From: Acidimicrobiales bacterium
Lineage (GTDB): Bacteria; Actinomycetota; Acidimicrobiia; Acidimicrobiales; RAAP-2
NCBI GenBank assembly: GCA_036489935.1
Contig: DASXEU010000089.1
Coordinates: 4,161 to 68,160 of the forward strand
Length of the DNA: 64,000 bases
Direction of reading: 5' to 3'
The notes beneath the pieces were generated by a model. The model saw only the letters and a list, made by a program, of their open reading frames with translations, was not told the origin of the DNA and did not search any database. Each line of letters starts with the position of its first letter. The first letter of the stretch is position 1. This document shows, one piece after another, positions 28,438 to 40,640 of this stretch. A program made the translations under genes and the position numbers.

Positions 28438-29610
28438 CTACTCGGGGCTGGAGGGGTCTTCTTCGCTGGACGTTTGCACCACAAAGCCTGCGGGCGACTT
28501 GGTGAGCCCCCAGATCTCGCGCGTCACGACACTGAGGGACGCCGCGGTGGGGATGGCAAGCAGCACCCCGACGAACCCGCCAAAGATCCCACCGACCCAG
28601 GAGCCAATCTCTGCACCTACGAGGATAGCGATGAAGACCGACAGCGGATTTATGCGTTCGGTGCGGCTCATGATGATGGGGTTCAGCACGTGATTCTCGA
28701 CTTGCGTGTACACCAAGAACACCACGGCGGTAATGATTCCCGCGGGGACCGAGTGCACTAACGCGAAGAGTACGGTCGGAATTCCGGCGAGGGCGCCACC
28801 AATCTGGGGGAGAAAGTCAACGAGCGCGACCCAGAGGCCGAAGAGCACCGCGAAGGGAACGGAGAGGCAGAAGAGCGTGATGAAGACCACGACGCCCGCA
28901 ATGAGCGACGTTGCCGCATTGCCGAGCATGTAGCCGAGCGCGACCTTGGAGACTTCCGCGCCGACGCGCGAAACCCATGCGCTCTTCGCGGGCGCCATCA
29001 TGTTGAGACTGAATCGGCGTATCTTCGGCGCTTCGAGCAGTAAGAGCACGATGAAGGCGAACATCGTGACGAGCGCCAACAGCAAGGTGGCAGCTCCCTT
29101 GCCGAGCGCGAGAGCCGGCTTGCTGAGACCCTTTGCGAACGAGACCAGCTTCGAGGAGTTCTTGTCGAGCCACGTTTGAACGTGATAGCGGTGCAGGAGG
29201 TGACCAATCCAGCCCTTGTTGTGCTCAGCTTTGTTGACGTACGACGGGAGATTGTCGGCGAGGTGGGTCATCGAGTTGACGAGCGGGTAGCCAAACGCGA
29301 AGGCGAGCCCCGCGAACGCTATGAGCGCTAAGAGCATCACCACGAACACGGCGGCGCCGCGACGGTGCAGCTTCCAGCGCTGGAGAAGGTCCACCAACGG
29401 GTTGAGGAGGAGTGCAATGAATCCGCCCACCAGCATCAAGAGCAGGATCTCGCGAAGACGATAGAGAATCTTGCCCGCGAAGAAGACGAGGATGATGATC
29501 CCGATCGTCGTGAGGATCGTCTTCAAGGGAACGTTGTTCGCCTCGGCGCGCTTGAAGAGCATCGAGCGACGAGTGGGCACGCCCTCGTTAGGACCAGGTT
29601 CCAACGTCAT
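28438..29610 (-). CDS. AI-2E family transporter
   Basis: LNPLVD, LPQIG, Y.QVENHVLNP.IM, G.VGVLLAIP. Confidence 0.88.
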   Translation of the reverse strand: MTLEPGPNEGVPTRRSMLFKRAEANNVPLKTILTTIGIIILVFFAGKILYRLREILLLMLVGGFIALLLNPLVDLLQRWKLHRRGAAVFVVMLLALIAFAGLAFAFGYPLVNSMTHLADNLPSYVNKAEHNKGWIGHLLHRYHVQTWLDKNSSKLVSFAKGLSKPALALGKGAATLLLALVTMFAFIVLLLLEAPKIRRFSLNMMAPAKSAWVSRVGAEVSKVALGYMLGNAATSLIAGVVVFITLFCLSVPFAVLFGLWVALVDFLPQIGGALAGIPTVLFALVHSVPAGIITAVVFLVYTQVENHVLNPIIMSRTERINPLSVFIAILVGAEIGSWVGGIFGGFVGVLLAIPTAASLSVVTREIWGLTKSPAGFVVQTSSEEDPSSPE

Positions 29611-29671
29611 TTGCCCCCCTTCGCCTCGAGATTCCCTCGCTCACGCTAGCCCTGGGGTCGGTGTGCAACGC

Positions 29672-30712
29672 TCAGGCTGCGTTCGCGTTTTGACGGAGTG
29701 GTCCGTAGCGACGGCGATACAGCCAATAGCAGACGCCGCCTGCGATGGTGGGAAGCCAGTAGGAGCCGAGGCGAAATGCGAGGGTGGCGACGACGGCATT
29801 TGCGCTCGGCACGTCGGCGAGTACGAGGAGTCCGCTCAAGCTGGCTTCGACGAGGCCGAGACCGCCGGGCGTGATCGGCAGCAACGCGAGTACTGCGGTC
29901 GCTGCGTACGCGAGCAGGACGAGCGATGGGTTGGGTCGTGTGCCGGTGGCGCGCAGGATGGCGAGGAGACTGCCGTAGTCGAAGCCGATACGCCCGGCGA
30001 CAAGAAGGATCGCCTTCCACCAGTTCTTCCCAAGGTCAACACGAACCTGATTGCGCTCGTTGATGAGGCGTTGGCCGAGATCGTCCGCGTTTTGGCGGTG
30101 ACCCTTGTAGCCGGGAATCTTTGAGAACACCCAGTTGATGATCTTGGCGAGCGTCAGCAACGTCCTGTCGCTTTTCAGCACAAGGACCCCGAGGGCCACG
30201 ATCAGAGCGAAGCCGACGGCGCCGAGCTCTCCCGCGTGTACGAGTCCGGCGCTCACCGTTTCGCCGCCGACAATGATCGGCAACGCGAAGATCGGGAGCG
30301 CGAACAGCGCGCCCACGCCGATGATGGAGCTGACGGCGAGTCCACCCGCCGCCTGCACGGTGTCGATGCCCGTGCCCGCGAGCATGCGGTACTGCACACT
30401 GGCGCCGACGGCGTCGCCTCCTGGCAGCGTGTTTGTGACGGAGTTGCCGGCGAGAAAAGCCGTGACGACGGCGAACCAGTTCTTGGTGCGCAGGACGAGA
30501 CGGAGGAGCGCCATCTGACAAACGAAGCTCGCCGCCTCGGCGAAGAACGCTATGACCAACCACCACGGCCCGAGTGTGAGCAGTCGCGGCCACGACGAAA
30601 CGACATTCACGAGGGCGGGCATGAGGACGTAGAGACTGAGTCCAGCGACAACGACCGCGATGACGCGACGAACTGGGTGAGTCCTCGAACGGGGCTGGGC
30701 TTCGGTTGCTAT
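29672..30712 (-). CDS. Lysylphosphatidylglycerol synthase TM / flippase-like membrane protein
   Basis: LPGGDAVG, PITPGGLGLVEA, FRLGSYWLP; start uncertain, best-placed candidate is ATA at 30712. Confidence 0.8.
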   Translation of the reverse strand: MATEAQPRSRTHPVRRVIAVVVAGLSLYVLMPALVNVVSSWPRLLTLGPWWLVIAFFAEAASFVCQMALLRLVLRTKNWFAVVTAFLAGNSVTNTLPGGDAVGASVQYRMLAGTGIDTVQAAGGLAVSSIIGVGALFALPIFALPIIVGGETVSAGLVHAGELGAVGFALIVALGVLVLKSDRTLLTLAKIINWVFSKIPGYKGHRQNADDLGQRLINERNQVRVDLGKNWWKAILLVAGRIGFDYGSLLAILRATGTRPNPSLVLLAYAATAVLALLPITPGGLGLVEASLSGLLVLADVPSANAVVATLAFRLGSYWLPTIAGGVCYWLYRRRYGPLRQNANAA

Positions 30713-30808
30713 CCGTTCAATATAGGGCGCGAATCTGCTCGTTTTGGGTGCTCGTGTGCAGCGCGTTCGTTTACACGTGCTGGGAAGAAAGACGGGTAGG
30801 TTCAGCTC

Positions 30809-31420
30809 ATGGCGTACTACCGCGATCACGTCGCTCCGCGACTGCTGCATCGAGCGTGTGCCTCCTCGCGGCTCGCGCCGTGGCGCCAGATGGTGTGCGA
30901 GGGATTGAGTGGCACGATCGTTGAGATTGGTTTCGGATCAGGACTGAACGTGCCGTTCTATCCGACGAAGCTCGATCACGTTTATGCAGTCGAGCGTTCC
31001 GCTCTTGCAATCAAGCTGGCACAAAAGCGCATTCGTGATGCCATGGTGCCTGTTGAGATCGCGGGCAACGACGCGCACGCCCTCGTGCTCGCGGACGAGT
31101 CCTGTGACATGGCGCTGTCGAGCTTCACGTTGTGCAGTGTCGAGGATCCGGGGTTCGTGCTGCGCCAGGTGTGGCGAGTGTTAAAGCCCGGAGGTCAATA
31201 TCACTTTCTTGAACACGGCCTAGCGCCGACATTCGTGCTGTCGATGACGCAGCGCATGATCGATCCGCTGCAGCGAAAAGTATTTGGGTGTGACCTCACG
31301 AGGCGACCGCTCGAGCTCGTGCGAGAGGCGGGCTTCGAAATGCTCTGGAGCGAGGAAGGTCCCGTACGGGGACCGAAGCCATGGACGCATCTCAGTGCTG
31401 GAGTCGCTATCAAGTTGTAG
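30809..31420 (+). CDS. Class I SAM-dependent methyltransferase
   Basis: VEIGFGSGLN, FTLCSV, RVLKPGG..HFLEHG. Confidence 0.88.
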   Translation: MAYYRDHVAPRLLHRACASSRLAPWRQMVCEGLSGTIVEIGFGSGLNVPFYPTKLDHVYAVERSALAIKLAQKRIRDAMVPVEIAGNDAHALVLADESCDMALSSFTLCSVEDPGFVLRQVWRVLKPGGQYHFLEHGLAPTFVLSMTQRMIDPLQRKVFGCDLTRRPLELVREAGFEMLWSEEGPVRGPKPWTHLSAGVAIKL

Positions 31421-31465
31421 CGCTCGCGACGTTGGCTCGAGTGGACCAGAAGGTACGCTCGGCCG

Positions 31466-31978
31466 ATGAATCGCGTAGCCGTCGTTGGTTCTGGAGGCTC
31501 AGGGAAGTCAACGTTCGCGAGCGAACTCTCGCACATTACGGGCCTTCCCCTTTTTCATCTCGACGAGTACTACTGGCGTCCCGGCTGGGTCGAGACTCCA
31601 CCTGATGAGTGGCGCGCCATTCAAAGCGAGCTGGTTGTCCACGAGCGCTGGATCATCGAAGGCAACTACTCAGGCACCTACGACCTGCGCCTTGACCGAG
31701 TCGATACCGTGATCGTGCTTTCTCCCTCGCGACGCGTGTGCGTCTACCGAGTGTTGAAGCGCGTGGCCCTGAACTGGCACCGCGACGCGCAAGCAGCCGG
31801 ATGCCCCGAGCGTTTAGACATCTCGTTTCTGCATTGGGTCTGGCGCTTTCCCTACGATGCGCGTCCACTTCTTGACCACGCGCTCGTTCGCTATGCGGGC
31901 CGATTCAGCGTTGTCGAACTCACCAGCACGGGCCGCGCGAAACGCTACCTCGAAGCGGTACGGGCGAACATGTCCTGA
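31466..31978 (+). CDS. P-loop kinase, topology modulation protein (FlaR)-like
   Basis: GSGGSGKST, HLDEYYWRPGW, WIIEGNY, GCPER. Confidence 0.8.
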   Translation: MNRVAVVGSGGSGKSTFASELSHITGLPLFHLDEYYWRPGWVETPPDEWRAIQSELVVHERWIIEGNYSGTYDLRLDRVDTVIVLSPSRRVCVYRVLKRVALNWHRDAQAAGCPERLDISFLHWVWRFPYDARPLLDHALVRYAGRFSVVELTSTGRAKRYLEAVRANMS

Positions 31979-32072
31979 CGTTTCGAAGATCTGCGCGTAC
32001 GATTCTCGCGAAAAGGCGTTAGACGTTGGATACACACAACGGAGCCGCTTGGTCGGCGTGGTGAGGATGGGT

Positions 32073-33053
32073 ATGCGCATAGTCGTGTTTGGTGCCGGGG
32101 CTATTGGGGGAGTGATCGGCGCGAGGCTGTTCCAACACGACTGCGACGTCACCTTGGTGGCACGCGAGGACAACTTCCGCGCACTTTCGAGGAGCGGCCT
32201 TCGTCTTGAGACGCGCGACGAGGCCGTCACTTTGAGGGTCCCTGTCGTTGAGAACCTGTCGGACGTCGCGCTCAACGCGGACGACGTGGTGATTCTGACC
32301 GTGAAGAGTCAGGACACGAGGGGCGCGCTCACGGATCTGGCTGATTCAGTCCCTCCAGGGGTTGGCATCGTGTGCGCGCAGAACGGCGTCGAGAACGAGC
32401 GCGTGGCGCTGCGCATGTTTGAAAACGTCTACGGAGTGTGCGTCATGTGTCCCGCGACGCACCTCAACCCTGGCGTAGTCCAGGCGAACTCTTCGCCCAT
32501 CACCGGTCTGCTTGACATCGGGCTCTGGCCCCGCGGTCACGACGAGCGTGCAGTGGCGCTCGCGGCGGCGCTCAACGACGCGACGTTCCAGTCCATCGTT
32601 CGCGACGACATCGCTCGCTGGAAGTGGGGGAAGCTGCTGCTAAACCTCAACAATGCCGTCCAAGCCATCTGCGGCACCGACGAACCAGCGACGGAACTGT
32701 CGCGTCGAGCGGTCAAAGAAGGAATGGATGTGCTGGACGCCGCAGGCATCGACTTCGTCGGAAGCGAGGAGGACCGTGCTCGTCGAGGGGAGCTGCTCAC
32801 AACGTCATCCCCGGGCACGATGAAGCGCGGCGGTGGCTCAACGTGGCAGAGCCTCGTTCGCGGCACCGGCACCGTCGAGACCGACTACATCACCGGGGAG
32901 ATCGTCCTTCGGGGTCGGCTCTGTGGCGTGGCGACACCCGTCAATGAGCTGCTGCAGCGACTCGCCAATGAGATGGCCCGCGAACACCGGCCACCAGGCG
33001 CGGCGACCGAAGCGCAAGTGCTCGCACAACTCGAGGCGAACGCTGCAAGTTAG
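32073..33053 (+). CDS. Ketopantoate reductase (PanE/ApbA) family protein
   Basis: VFGAGAIGG, VKSQD, QNGVENE, KWGKLLLN, STWQS, E.DYI.GE. Confidence 0.88.
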   Translation: MRIVVFGAGAIGGVIGARLFQHDCDVTLVAREDNFRALSRSGLRLETRDEAVTLRVPVVENLSDVALNADDVVILTVKSQDTRGALTDLADSVPPGVGIVCAQNGVENERVALRMFENVYGVCVMCPATHLNPGVVQANSSPITGLLDIGLWPRGHDERAVALAAALNDATFQSIVRDDIARWKWGKLLLNLNNAVQAICGTDEPATELSRRAVKEGMDVLDAAGIDFVGSEEDRARRGELLTTSSPGTMKRGGGSTWQSLVRGTGTVETDYITGEIVLRGRLCGVATPVNELLQRLANEMAREHRPPGAATEAQVLAQLEANAAS

Positions 33054-33056
33054 TCC

Positions 33057-35166
<2,110 letters not shown>

Positions 35167-35252
35167 ACAAACATCGTAATAGCGGTTGTCGTTGTTGTGA
35201 CAGTGTGGCTAGGAAGTTGGGCACAAGGTAGACGGCGCGATCGAGGAGCGAC

Positions 35253-35969
35253 ATGGCCGAGGTTTCCTTTTCCTCCCCGCACGGGAGCTTTCGCGGATAT
35301 CTCGCGCGACCGGTGGGCAACGGGCCATGGCCGGGAGTCCTGGTTATCCACGACGTCTTTGGCGCGAGTAACGATTTGCGGAGCCAGTGCGAGTGGCTCG
35401 CGGCGTCGGGATACCTCGCTTTCGGCCCCGACCTCTATTCGCAGGGTTCGAAGCTCTCGTGTCTGCGCTCGATGTTCCTTGACCTGAGAGCCCGTCGGGG
35501 CAAGACCTTCGACAACATCGACGCGGCGCGTACGACGCTGCTCGAGAACCCAGACTGCAACGGTCGCGTCGGCGTCATTGGCTACTGCATGGGCGGCGGT
35601 TTTTCCCTGTTGCTCGCGCCGGAGGGACACTATGGCGCTTCGAGCGTGAATTACGGCGACGTGCCGAAGGATGTCGACGACGTCCTTGCTGGTGCGTGCC
35701 CGGTCGTCGCGAGCTATGGGGCAAAGGACCGAACGCTGAAGGGCCGTGCTGCTCGACTCGAGCATTCCCTCACGCTAAATAACGTCGCCCACGACGTCAA
35801 GGAATACCCCGACGCGGGGCACGGCTTCCTCAATCAGCACGGCGGTGCGCCCGGAATTCTCATCGCGGTCTTGGGGCGACTCGTCGGACAGGGTTACGAC
35901 GAATCGGCAGCAGCTGACGCTCGCGTTCGCATCATCGAGTTCTTCGATCGCTATTTGAAAGCGAGTTGA
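35253..35969 (+). CDS. Dienelactone hydrolase family protein
   Basis: IHDVFG, GYCMGG, YGAKD, YPDAGHGF; RBS GAGGAG. Confidence 0.9.
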   Translation: MAEVSFSSPHGSFRGYLARPVGNGPWPGVLVIHDVFGASNDLRSQCEWLAASGYLAFGPDLYSQGSKLSCLRSMFLDLRARRGKTFDNIDAARTTLLENPDCNGRVGVIGYCMGGGFSLLLAPEGHYGASSVNYGDVPKDVDDVLAGACPVVASYGAKDRTLKGRAARLEHSLTLNNVAHDVKEYPDAGHGFLNQHGGAPGILIAVLGRLVGQGYDESAAADARVRIIEFFDRYLKAS

Positions 35970-35984
35970 CGCTTAAGCATTCGC

Positions 35985-36776
35985 TCAAGTCGTGTGGGCG
36001 AGGAACAAGTCAGTGATGAGACTGAGTTCCAGCTCTCCGCCACTTTGCTCGATGACACTCGCGACTTCGACCATCAGTGCGTCGCGAGCACTGTCGTCAA
36101 CGATGCGATAGGACGACGTGGACGCGAGGAGGTCGAGGTACGTCGCCGTTGAGTAAGTCTGTGTTCGGTGATAGCGGCGGCTCACCAGATCTTCAAACCG
36201 GGCGTCGCTCGCGAGATCGTAGGCGGGCCATCCCTCTTCGAGAACGATCTCTTCGGGGAACGTCGCGGTCGTCACACCATTGGGCGACGAGCCGTTGTCG
36301 ACGTCGAAGCGACGATCTATCTGCTCAAGTTCGCCGCGCAGCTCATCATCGCCGACGACGTACTTGTTCCAAAACAGCGCGATGGTCCCACCGGTGCGCA
36401 CTGCGTGGTGCGCGAGATCCCAGCGGCGACCCGGGTCGACCCAGTGCCACGACTGCGCCGCAATGAGCGCGTCAAACGGCGACGGCGAAACCCACTGCTC
36501 GAGTCCCGCGATCACAATTGAGACATCGGGGAACGACGCGCACTCGATCTCGAGTCGGGCAGCCATCCGGGGGTCGGGCTCGAGACAAGTGAGCGTCACA
36601 CCGCGAGCCGCGAAGGCGATCGTCGCCTTACCGGTACCGGCGCCGACCTCCAGCACATCACCGACGGGGTCCCCGTACGCCAAAACGTCATCGATGAGCT
36701 GTGCGGGGTATCCGGGCCGAGCGTTTGCGTATTGATCTACCGCCTCGCCAAAGACGTTGCGTCGTTCTCTTGCCAT
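35985..36776 (-). CDS. Class I SAM-dependent methyltransferase
   Basis: Y..ARPGYP, LEVGAGTGKAT, AAQSWHWVD, GG.IALFWN. Confidence 0.88.
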   Translation of the reverse strand: MARERRNVFGEAVDQYANARPGYPAQLIDDVLAYGDPVGDVLEVGAGTGKATIAFAARGVTLTCLEPDPRMAARLEIECASFPDVSIVIAGLEQWVSPSPFDALIAAQSWHWVDPGRRWDLAHHAVRTGGTIALFWNKYVVGDDELRGELEQIDRRFDVDNGSSPNGVTTATFPEEIVLEEGWPAYDLASDARFEDLVSRRYHRTQTYSTATYLDLLASTSSYRIVDDSARDALMVEVASVIEQSGGELELSLITDLFLAHTT

Positions 36777-36908
36777 GGCGCTCCCCGCCGCACCCCGTCG
36801 ATCGCGGTGCCCGATCCAAATTACCGCTGGGTCGCGACAGTCGTCGAGGCCGTCGCACCGCCTGGTGACAACGCCCTCGCGCGGCGTTCGTTCGGTCATA
36901 ATGAGCGA

Positions 36909-37454
36909 ATGGCGCTCCTCCCCGCTCACCTCGACGCAGGCGCCCTCGCGCTCAACCGCTTGACGCCTGGTCACGTCGATGAGATGGTTGCGGCCGCCAG
37001 TGTGAGCTTCTCGGCGTTGCATGAATGGATGACCTGGGCGGAGGGCGTGCCCACCCGGGCGGATTTTGCTGACTTCATTGACGCAGCAGGGTCACTCTTC
37101 GATAACGACATGACGTGGACCTTCGCGATGATCGAACTGTTGTCAGGAGAGCTCGTGGGTTCGTGCGACGTCCGCGTGGTGAGTGACACGACGGACGTCG
37201 AGATTGGTTACTGGGTGCGCACCGACCGCACGCGCCGCGGATACGCGAGCGCTGCCGCCAAAGCTCTCACCGACGCAGCGTTTCTGCATCTCGACGTGAA
37301 TCGGGTCATCATTCGAATGGATAAGGGGAACGCTGCGAGCGCGAGCGTGCCGCCGAAAATCGGCTATCGACTGCTCGGCGAGGAGGCTCGCACGATCGAG
37401 GCACCCGGTCACACCGGCACGGAATTGATTTGGATGCAGGTTCGAGCGACGTAG
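36909..37454 (+). CDS. GNAT N-acetyltransferase, RimJ/RimL family
   Basis: EIGYWV.....RRGYA, N.AS..VP.KIGY; CATAAT-N6-ATG. Confidence 0.85.
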   Translation: MALLPAHLDAGALALNRLTPGHVDEMVAAASVSFSALHEWMTWAEGVPTRADFADFIDAAGSLFDNDMTWTFAMIELLSGELVGSCDVRVVSDTTDVEIGYWVRTDRTRRGYASAAAKALTDAAFLHLDVNRVIIRMDKGNAASASVPPKIGYRLLGEEARTIEAPGHTGTELIWMQVRAT

Positions 37455-37582
37455 CTCGACTCAGCTTCGCAACCACGCCGCGTCGGGCAACCCCTTCGCT
37501 CGAGTGCCGTCGACGAGCGAGGACTCTTCGTTAGGCCACTGAAACGTCATTGGACTCGCGGGCGCTTCAGCGACCATGCGAC

Positions 37583-37618
37583 CACGTGATCTCACGTGAG
37601 ATCACGTGAGATCACGTG
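37583..37618. repeat. Four CACGTG boxes at exact 10-bp period
   Basis: CACGTG at 37583, 37593, 37603, 37613; 37583-37608 is a perfect 26-bp palindrome. Confidence 0.9.
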
Positions 37619-37905
37619 CGTCGGGCGTACTTGACGTCGCACGATGTCAAATGAACTGAGTGCGGGGATTGCGATTAAGGTTGCGGGCTTGCCCACTGCG
37701 ACGCCGTACCAATCATCGTTCTCCCTCGCTCGGCCCGAACGATCTTGGCATACCGCCGCGCTCCCTCGGCTCTCGAGTGAACAGAGATAGTCGACCGCCC
37801 ACTAAATGGTCTCACGGTGATCATCTCGTCGCGTTTTCATTACGAATATCGACAAAGTGCCTAGACTCGATTTTTGTGGAGTCGGGGGCTGTTGCTGAGG
37901 TTGTG

Positions 37906-39555
37906 ATGGCCGACGCTATTTATGCGGAATGGCCCACGGTTGCTGACGTTCTTGCCCTACCTGAAGTGCGGGCGGGTCGTCCGACCGTAGAGGCGGGCTC
38001 AGAAGGCCTGCACCGACATGTGCGCTGGGCGCACGTCAGCGAACTCGCCGATATTGGACAGCTCCTTCAGGGGGGCGAACTGGTCCTCACGACCGGCGTC
38101 GCACTTCCTGAGACCGACGCCGGACTCGCGCGATATGTCGCCGATCTCGCGCGTGCTCAGGCAACGGGCGTCATCTTTGAGCTCGGTCGCCGCTTCCAAA
38201 CGTTACCGAGCGCTCTAGTGCGCAGCGCCAACGACTACGGATTGCCGCTCATCGCGTTGCACTCCGAAGTGGCATTCGTTGCTATCACCGAAGCCGTTCA
38301 CTCGATCATCGTGAACGACCAAATCCGCCAACTGCAACTCGGAGAAGCAGCTCATCGGGCCTTTCGTTCGCTCTCGGTTCAGGCCTCGACCCCTCAGGAC
38401 ATCGTCCACCACGTCGCCGCCCTCTCGGGATGTCCGACCGTGTTCGAGAACCTTGCGCGGCACGTGCTCGTCTTCGACGGCGCGCACGGCGCGACGGCTC
38501 GCCTTGAGAACTGGGAGTATCGCTCGAGAGAAGCCAGCGCGAGCGGAGCGTGCGTGTTGAGTGACGGGGAGCACTGGCTCACGACCCCGGTGGCGGCACG
38601 AGGCCAGGCGTGGGGACGATTGATTCTCATGAGCGCCGCCCCCGCGACCGCGCTCCAGCAAACGATTCTCGAGCTCGGCGCAACCAATCTCGCTCTGCAC
38701 CTTTTAATCGAACGCGACGAACACCTCCTTGAATATCAGACTCATCGAACGCTGATCGGCGACATTCTCAACCACAACTACTTATCCCCCGAGGAAATTC
38801 ACACGCGCGCGATGTCGCTCGGCGTCGTCATGCGACGGCAGTTCGTGGCGGCGATGGTGCTCCAATTCGAGTGCGAGGCACCGCTCTCCGACATCGCACG
38901 TCACGCTCGAGCGAGAGATGAAATCGCCGCGACGTCAGCCGCTCTCACCGACGTCGGGTGCGCCGGACTCGTCGGTCTCCTCGAGCCGGGGCGGCTCGGT
39001 GTCGTAGTGACCGCGCCCACCGAAGTACGAGTGCGCAACCTTCTTGACCCCGTTTCTCGAGCGGTTCACGCACGGGCCGCCAAGCTGGCGCCACCTGGAT
39101 CGGTCGTCATTGGGGTTGGCTCCATCGTGAATGCGATCGATCACCTCGGTCAGTGCTTCGCCGAGGCGACCGAAGCCGCTGACGCGGCGAAGAGTCTGCC
39201 GAAGCATCGTCTCTACGTCACGACATCAGACATTCGCCTGCGTGGACTCATCTATCTGCTCCGCGACGACCCTCGACTACAGAGCTACGCGGAACGTGAA
39301 CTCGGTCCCTTGCTCTCGTATGACGAGCGACACCACACCGATCTGCTCGCCACGCTGAGCGCGTACTTGGATGCGGGCGGCAACAAGTCAGCGACGGCAG
39401 CTGCCACCTTCATGAACCGCGCCACTCTGTATCACCGGCTGTCGCGTATTGAAGAGGTCTTGAACTGCGATCTGGAGTCGCCTGAGTCGCGCTATTCGCT
39501 CTACGTAGCACTTATGGTGCGCAATTCCTTCGACGCTCGAGCGAATCGGCGTTGA
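37906..39555 (+). CDS. PucR/CdaR family transcriptional regulator
   Basis: VRWAHVSE...LL.GGELVLTTG PucR N-domain; LGPLL.YD, TL.AYL..GGNKS.TA...NR.TLY.RL HTH. Confidence 0.92.
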   Translation: MADAIYAEWPTVADVLALPEVRAGRPTVEAGSEGLHRHVRWAHVSELADIGQLLQGGELVLTTGVALPETDAGLARYVADLARAQATGVIFELGRRFQTLPSALVRSANDYGLPLIALHSEVAFVAITEAVHSIIVNDQIRQLQLGEAAHRAFRSLSVQASTPQDIVHHVAALSGCPTVFENLARHVLVFDGAHGATARLENWEYRSREASASGACVLSDGEHWLTTPVAARGQAWGRLILMSAAPATALQQTILELGATNLALHLLIERDEHLLEYQTHRTLIGDILNHNYLSPEEIHTRAMSLGVVMRRQFVAAMVLQFECEAPLSDIARHARARDEIAATSAALTDVGCAGLVGLLEPGRLGVVVTAPTEVRVRNLLDPVSRAVHARAAKLAPPGSVVIGVGSIVNAIDHLGQCFAEATEAADAAKSLPKHRLYVTTSDIRLRGLIYLLRDDPRLQSYAERELGPLLSYDERHHTDLLATLSAYLDAGGNKSATAAATFMNRATLYHRLSRIEEVLNCDLESPESRYSLYVALMVRNSFDARANRR

Positions 39556-39558
39556 GTT

Positions 39559-40575
39559 TTACGCGCCGGTCAGCGCGTCGTTGATGTCAGCGAACGCCGT
39601 TCGTACCGCATCGACGTCATTACCGCTCGCCAAGAGGTACGAAAGAAAGATCCGCGCCTTTCTGCCGTCGAGAAAGCCGGCGCTGATCAGCCCTCGCGAC
39701 AAGAGATCGATCTCCGATCCCTCAAAGCCGTAGGTAGATGCGAGGACGTCTCCGCTCCCGGTTCGAGAAGCAAGGACGACCGGCATCATTGAGGCGAGTC
39801 GCGTGAGCTCCGGCACGGCACGCGAGGGCACGTGCCCACCTCCCAGTCCCTCAATGACGATCCCCGCGTACTGCGCCGTATCGACGTAGCGAAGGAGCCG
39901 TGCGTCGTCACCGAGCGCGAACTCGAAGAGGGCCACGTCGGGCACGAAGTCCAGTGACGGTTCGAGCAGTCCCTTGAGCGAAGAGGTGCGCAACGCAATG
40001 CGCACGCGGTTCTCGACGATCCAGCCGATCGGCCCCGCAGTTGGCGATTCGAATGTCGACGGACTTGACGTATTCGTCTTTCGCACGAATCGCGCCGCGT
40101 GGATCTGATCGTTGAGGACGACCACGGTCCCGAGGCCACTTGACTGGGGCGACACGGCAACGCAGGCGGCGGCGACCAAGTTCGCGGGGCCGTCGCCGCC
40201 GGGCTTGGTGGCGTCGCGCATTGCTCCGGTGACGACAACTGGTTGCGAACCGGCAACCAGTAACTCGAGGGCGAACGACACCTCTTCAATCGTGTCCGTT
40301 CCCTGGGTCACGATGACTCCAACGACGCCGTCATCAAATCGGCGATCGATCTCGCGCGCCAACTCCGCCAGGTCGATGAGCGTGAGATCGCCCGAGGATG
40401 TCTGTCGAAAGCCCACCGTTTCAAATGTGGCGATGTCTCGTAGCTTGGGTACGGCCGAGACCAGATCACGGGCGTCGAGCTGCGGCACGACGCCAAGGGC
40501 TTCATCGCCCGCGCTCGTCGACGCGATTGTTCCGCCGAGCGAGAAGACCGTCACCCGTGGAAGTTCGCTTGACAC
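39559..40575 (-). CDS. L-asparaginase
   Basis: LGGTIA, QGTDTIEE, VVTGAMR, DGPANL, G.GGGH, SRTG.G. Confidence 0.9.
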   Translation of the reverse strand: MSSELPRVTVFSLGGTIASTSAGDEALGVVPQLDARDLVSAVPKLRDIATFETVGFRQTSSGDLTLIDLAELAREIDRRFDDGVVGVIVTQGTDTIEEVSFALELLVAGSQPVVVTGAMRDATKPGGDGPANLVAAACVAVSPQSSGLGTVVVLNDQIHAARFVRKTNTSSPSTFESPTAGPIGWIVENRVRIALRTSSLKGLLEPSLDFVPDVALFEFALGDDARLLRYVDTAQYAGIVIEGLGGGHVPSRAVPELTRLASMMPVVLASRTGSGDVLASTYGFEGSEIDLLSRGLISAGFLDGRKARIFLSYLLASGNDVDAVRTAFADINDALTGA

Positions 40576-40640
40576 GTCACCACCTCGTTCGTTGTGCGCG
40601 GACCACCAACCCTAGGGCGGCGCCCCGGTACTCTTCAGGC

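Noticed and set aside
37583-37618. CACGTG array as a CRISPR array or CRP site
   Set aside because: No spacers or cas genes, and half-site spacing is not TGTGA-N6-TCACA
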